Under the pieces are notes generated by a model. That model was not told where the DNA came from and did not search any database. It worked only from the letters and a program-made list of their open reading frames with translations. A DNA stretch of 64,000 nt from positions 1,280,001 through 1,344,000 of the forward strand of contig NZ_JAQNDL010000002.1 of the NCBI RefSeq assembly GCF_028368995.1. The letters are read 5' to 3'. The stretch's first letter is position 1, and every line of letters begins with the position of its first letter. This document shows, piece after piece, positions 60,812 to 64,000 of this stretch. This DNA is from Nannocystis bainbridge. Lineage in GTDB: Bacteria > Myxococcota_A > Polyangia > Nannocystales > Nannocystaceae. Both the position numbers and the translations under genes were made by a program.

Positions 60812-63800
60812 TCACGCGGTGCGGTGGCGGCGGGTGAACGAGCGCAGCAGGGCGGCGATGTTGCCGCGGACCTGGGGGTCGGTGCTGAGGCGGTAGCCGG
60901 GGGTGCGCATGGCGGCCGGAAGCAGCGGCAGCAGCGTGTCGTTGAGCTTCTTCTCGGCGCGGGCGTCGATGATCTTCTCGAACATGTCGGCGACGACGGT
61001 GTCGCCCTCGAAGTCGATCGAGAAGCGGGCGTCGCCGAAATTGTAGTGCAGGCCGCAGATCAGGAAGTTGAGGCGCGCCGGGCCGTCGACCAGGAGCGCC
61101 GGATCGGCGCCGATCCGCAGGCCGCCGTCGTCGAGGCGCAGGCGCACGCGGGTGCCGGGGAGCAGCAAGATGTCGACGAGGTGGTGGTGGAACAGCACGA
61201 GCCGGCCGCGGTCGTCGACGGGGAAGCGGTCGAGCAGGCCGCGCACGCCGGAGGCGCTCGGATCGCCGACGTCGCCGATCTGGCGGCGGATGATGGCCTC
61301 CACCAGAGCGTTCTCGAGCTGGCCGAGGCCGCCGACCTGGACCTCGCCCGACTGCAGGTGATAGCGGGCGCCGCGGAGCTGGATCGCCAGGCGCAGGCCG
61401 GGCATGCGCGCCGAGAGGCCGCGCTCGCTCTCGAGGGTGACCTCGACCTCGTTGGCGGTCAGGGTGACGCTGTCGGCCGGGTCCATCAGCAGCGCGAACT
61501 CGCCGTGATCGCCGGGCAGGCGGGCCGCGAACACGGCGATGCGCGTCGCGTCCTCGGGCGGGGCCGGCGGCATCGGCGGGCGCGGCAGGCCGAGCCGCTG
61601 GGCCCAGACGGGCGGCAGGCGCGGGGCGGCGAGGACCTTGTAGAGGTGCGAGAGCACGGCCTCGGTGACGGGGCTGACCGCGGCGGCCTCGTGGTAGTGC
61701 TCCTCGGCGATGCCGCTGATCGCCAGCTTCACGGCGGCGTCGCCGGCCCGCAGGCTGAGGTCGTGGAGGTAGAAGTCGGGCAGCCAGTCGAGCGAGCCGT
61801 CGGTGACGAACAGGCCGGCGGCCGAGCGCAGCGACACGCCGTCCTTGTCGAGGTGGAGGTCGATCGAGCCGCCGCGGGCGACGCAGATCTTGAGCGGACC
61901 CCACGGCTTGTCGGCGCCGAGCGCCAGGAGGGTGTCGTGGCCGGCCCGCGGCGAGCGATCGCTGGGCCAGAAGTGGCGCATGAACGCGGCGAACAGGGTC
62001 CGCATGGCGTGGCTGAGCAGCTGCTGCGACAGCTCGCCGGCCGGCGGCGAGGCGTCGATCACCAGCGTCCACGGCAGGAAGGTGAGGTCGATGGTGCGCA
62101 CGGTGAGCGTCAGGCCGAGGCCGAGGATCCGCACCGTGGCGCCCTTGCCGAAGGCGATGTGGGCGCCGCCGCGGCCGAGCGAGAGGTCGACGGTGCGGGC
62201 CGCGTCGGCGCTGACGCGCACGGCCCCGAGCGCGCCGACGGTCTGCTCCCACACGACCACGCCGGGCGCGGCCGGCAGCGGCGGCGGGATCGGGGCGGCG
62301 GCCGGCAGGGCGAGGCGATCGAGGATGTCGGCGAGCCGCTTGTCGGGGACGAAGCGGGCGAACAGCCGGCGCAGGATCTCGTGCACCAGCGGCCCGCTGG
62401 GCGGCTGGCTCACCAGCTCGATCGCGGCGGCGCCGGGCCGGTAGCGCAGGCCTTCGAGGGCGACGTCGGCCAGCAGGTCGGTGCCCTCGGCGACGAGCTG
62501 CAGCGGGGCCTCGGCGCGCAGCTCGAGCGCGTCCGGGCGCCGCTCGAGCCGCAGGCCGGCGCCGGGCGGCAGCTCGAGGCGGACGCGGACCCGCTTCGAG
62601 CTGTCCCTTGGGACCTGCGCCAGGAGCCACGTCTCTTCGGGCAGCTGCGGCGGCGCCAGCGGGAGGTGCGGGCGCAGGCGGGTCAGCCCGAACTGCTCGA
62701 CGCAGCGGGCCACCAGCTGCGACAGGTAGTCGCCGAGCGGCGGCTCGCTGGCGGCGCGCAGGCTGGTGGTTGCGATGTCGTGGTCGAGCGCGGCCAGCCG
62801 CAGGACCAGGCCCAGCTCGGGGGCGACGACGGCGAGCCCGCGCGCGCTGGTGAAGCCGAGCTCCGCGGGCGCGAGGCGGACGGCGAGGGTGTCGTCGGGG
62901 TCGAAGCGGACGTCGAGCGGGCCGACCACCGGGACGCGGGTGCTGGCGAGCAGGGCCGAGGGCAGCGCTTCGAGGCCCTGCTGGGGGCCGCCGTCGCGGC
63001 GCACGCCGAGGATGTCCGGAAGGACAGGTGCGGCGCGGACCCGGATCAGCTGGGCGAGGGCGAGGTCGCCGAACTCGCCGAGCGCGGGGCTGGCCTCGGT
63101 GACGACGCTGCCGTCGTGCCAGCGGTACTCGATCCGGTGGAGGTCGATGTCGGGCAGGACGGACAGGCCGCGGAAGCGCAGGCGCAGGCCGGCGGGGGCC
63201 TCGACGACCAGCGCGCCTTCGCCGTGGCGGACGTGGACCTCGCCGTCAGGGTCGGTGGTCAGGCGCACGCCGGTGCGCGGATTGAACGGCTGGTCGAGGA
63301 TCTGCAGCTCCTCGGCGTCGCGCTCGTCGAAGAGGCCGAGGCGGCCCAGCAGGGCGGGCGACAGGCGCGGCAGCACGCGGGCGTCGACGACCCGGCGGAG
63401 CAGCGCGCGCATCAGCGGACCGAGCGGCGGGTCGGTCTGGATCTCCAGGCGGACCCGCGGCTCGACGCCGGCGACGGCCGACGGGGCGCCGACGAGGACG
63501 GCCCGGACCAGGCGCAGCTCGGCCAGCTCCGGCAGCTCGTCGGCGTGCACGGCGAGGCCGCCGGGGGCCTCGAAGCGGAACCCGCCGGCGGCGCGGGTGA
63601 GCAGCAGCTCGCGGTCGCCGAGCAGCGCCAGCTCGCCGCGGGCGCCGAGCGGGATGCGGGCCAGCACGCGGGCGCCGGACGGCGGCTGGCCGGCGTGCAG
63701 CTGGCCCGGGATGATGTCGGCCAGGCGCGCGCGCAGGCCGACGGGCGCGGCTGGCGTCGCGGACATGTCCGTCGGGGCATGTCCGTTGGGACCTGTGCCG

Positions 63801-63991
63801 ACGGGCATGTCGGAAGGAGCATGTCCTTCGAGACCTGCGCCCACGGGCATGTCGGAAGAGACAGGCGCGCCCGCGGCATCGCGCTGCTTGCCGCGGCGCG
63901 GGCGCTTCTGGCCGCGGAGCCGGCGCACGAGGTCCTCGACGCGGACGCGGCGCTGCTCGTCGGCGAACAGGTCGTAGCCGGGGATGGTCAT
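60812..63991 (-). CDS. Large hypothetical protein made of about 8 beta-strand/helix modules
   Basis: 1059-aa ORF with host codon bias, internal repeats, and no signal peptide or recognisable catalytic motif. Confidence 0.8.
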   Translation of the reverse strand: MTIPGYDLFADEQRRVRVEDLVRRLRGQKRPRRGKQRDAAGAPVSSDMPVGAGLEGHAPSDMPVGTGPNGHAPTDMSATPAAPVGLRARLADIIPGQLHAGQPPSGARVLARIPLGARGELALLGDRELLLTRAAGGFRFEAPGGLAVHADELPELAELRLVRAVLVGAPSAVAGVEPRVRLEIQTDPPLGPLMRALLRRVVDARVLPRLSPALLGRLGLFDERDAEELQILDQPFNPRTGVRLTTDPDGEVHVRHGEGALVVEAPAGLRLRFRGLSVLPDIDLHRIEYRWHDGSVVTEASPALGEFGDLALAQLIRVRAAPVLPDILGVRRDGGPQQGLEALPSALLASTRVPVVGPLDVRFDPDDTLAVRLAPAELGFTSARGLAVVAPELGLVLRLAALDHDIATTSLRAASEPPLGDYLSQLVARCVEQFGLTRLRPHLPLAPPQLPEETWLLAQVPRDSSKRVRVRLELPPGAGLRLERRPDALELRAEAPLQLVAEGTDLLADVALEGLRYRPGAAAIELVSQPPSGPLVHEILRRLFARFVPDKRLADILDRLALPAAAPIPPPLPAAPGVVVWEQTVGALGAVRVSADAARTVDLSLGRGGAHIAFGKGATVRILGLGLTLTVRTIDLTFLPWTLVIDASPPAGELSQQLLSHAMRTLFAAFMRHFWPSDRSPRAGHDTLLALGADKPWGPLKICVARGGSIDLHLDKDGVSLRSAAGLFVTDGSLDWLPDFYLHDLSLRAGDAAVKLAISGIAEEHYHEAAAVSPVTEAVLSHLYKVLAAPRLPPVWAQRLGLPRPPMPPAPPEDATRIAVFAARLPGDHGEFALLMDPADSVTLTANEVEVTLESERGLSARMPGLRLAIQLRGARYHLQSGEVQVGGLGQLENALVEAIIRRQIGDVGDPSASGVRGLLDRFPVDDRGRLVLFHHHLVDILLLPGTRVRLRLDDGGLRIGADPALLVDGPARLNFLICGLHYNFGDARFSIDFEGDTVVADMFEKIIDARAEKKLNDTLLPLLPAAMRTPGYRLSTDPQVRGNIAALLRSFTRRHRTA

Positions 63992-64000
63992 GGCCGCGGG

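Overview
High-GC DNA, most likely from a myxobacterium (Nannocystis/Polyangia-like). This is inferred from MYXO-CTERM-type tails, Cys-rich lipoproteins, a Ser/Thr kinase, the mevalonate pathway and futalosine-type menaquinone genes. The window is mostly core chromosome: fabH (partial), tilS-ftsH, an HtrA-like protease, a polyprenyl synthase-ubiE/menG-ubiX-mqnE cluster, a hyaluronan-synthase-like GT2 with a GT-C-like partner, SPOR and VanW proteins, two LPMO-like surface proteins, tRNA-Thr(CGT), a peptidase/propeller/Omp85 protein, mnmG, cobA-hemD, a P450, a ferritin-like protein, a LysA-like decarboxylase, a mevalonate operon (with a phosphomevalonate kinase-HMG-CoA reductase fusion) coupled to hpnCDE, a lipoxygenase with an FAD oxidase, and a 1059-aa beta-repeat protein. 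The main unexplained signal is a 14-bp palindromic unit (consensus about TGTCC-N4-GGACA). It occurs at roughly 30 loci by eye, often tiled end-to-end in 14-bp phase (3-7 units), both between genes and inside conserved genes, where it coincides with rare codons. This pattern suggests a dispersed binding-site system for a cooperative DNA-binding protein. No integrase, transposase, cas gene or CRISPR array was seen. All calls come from reading motifs by eye; no database search was run.
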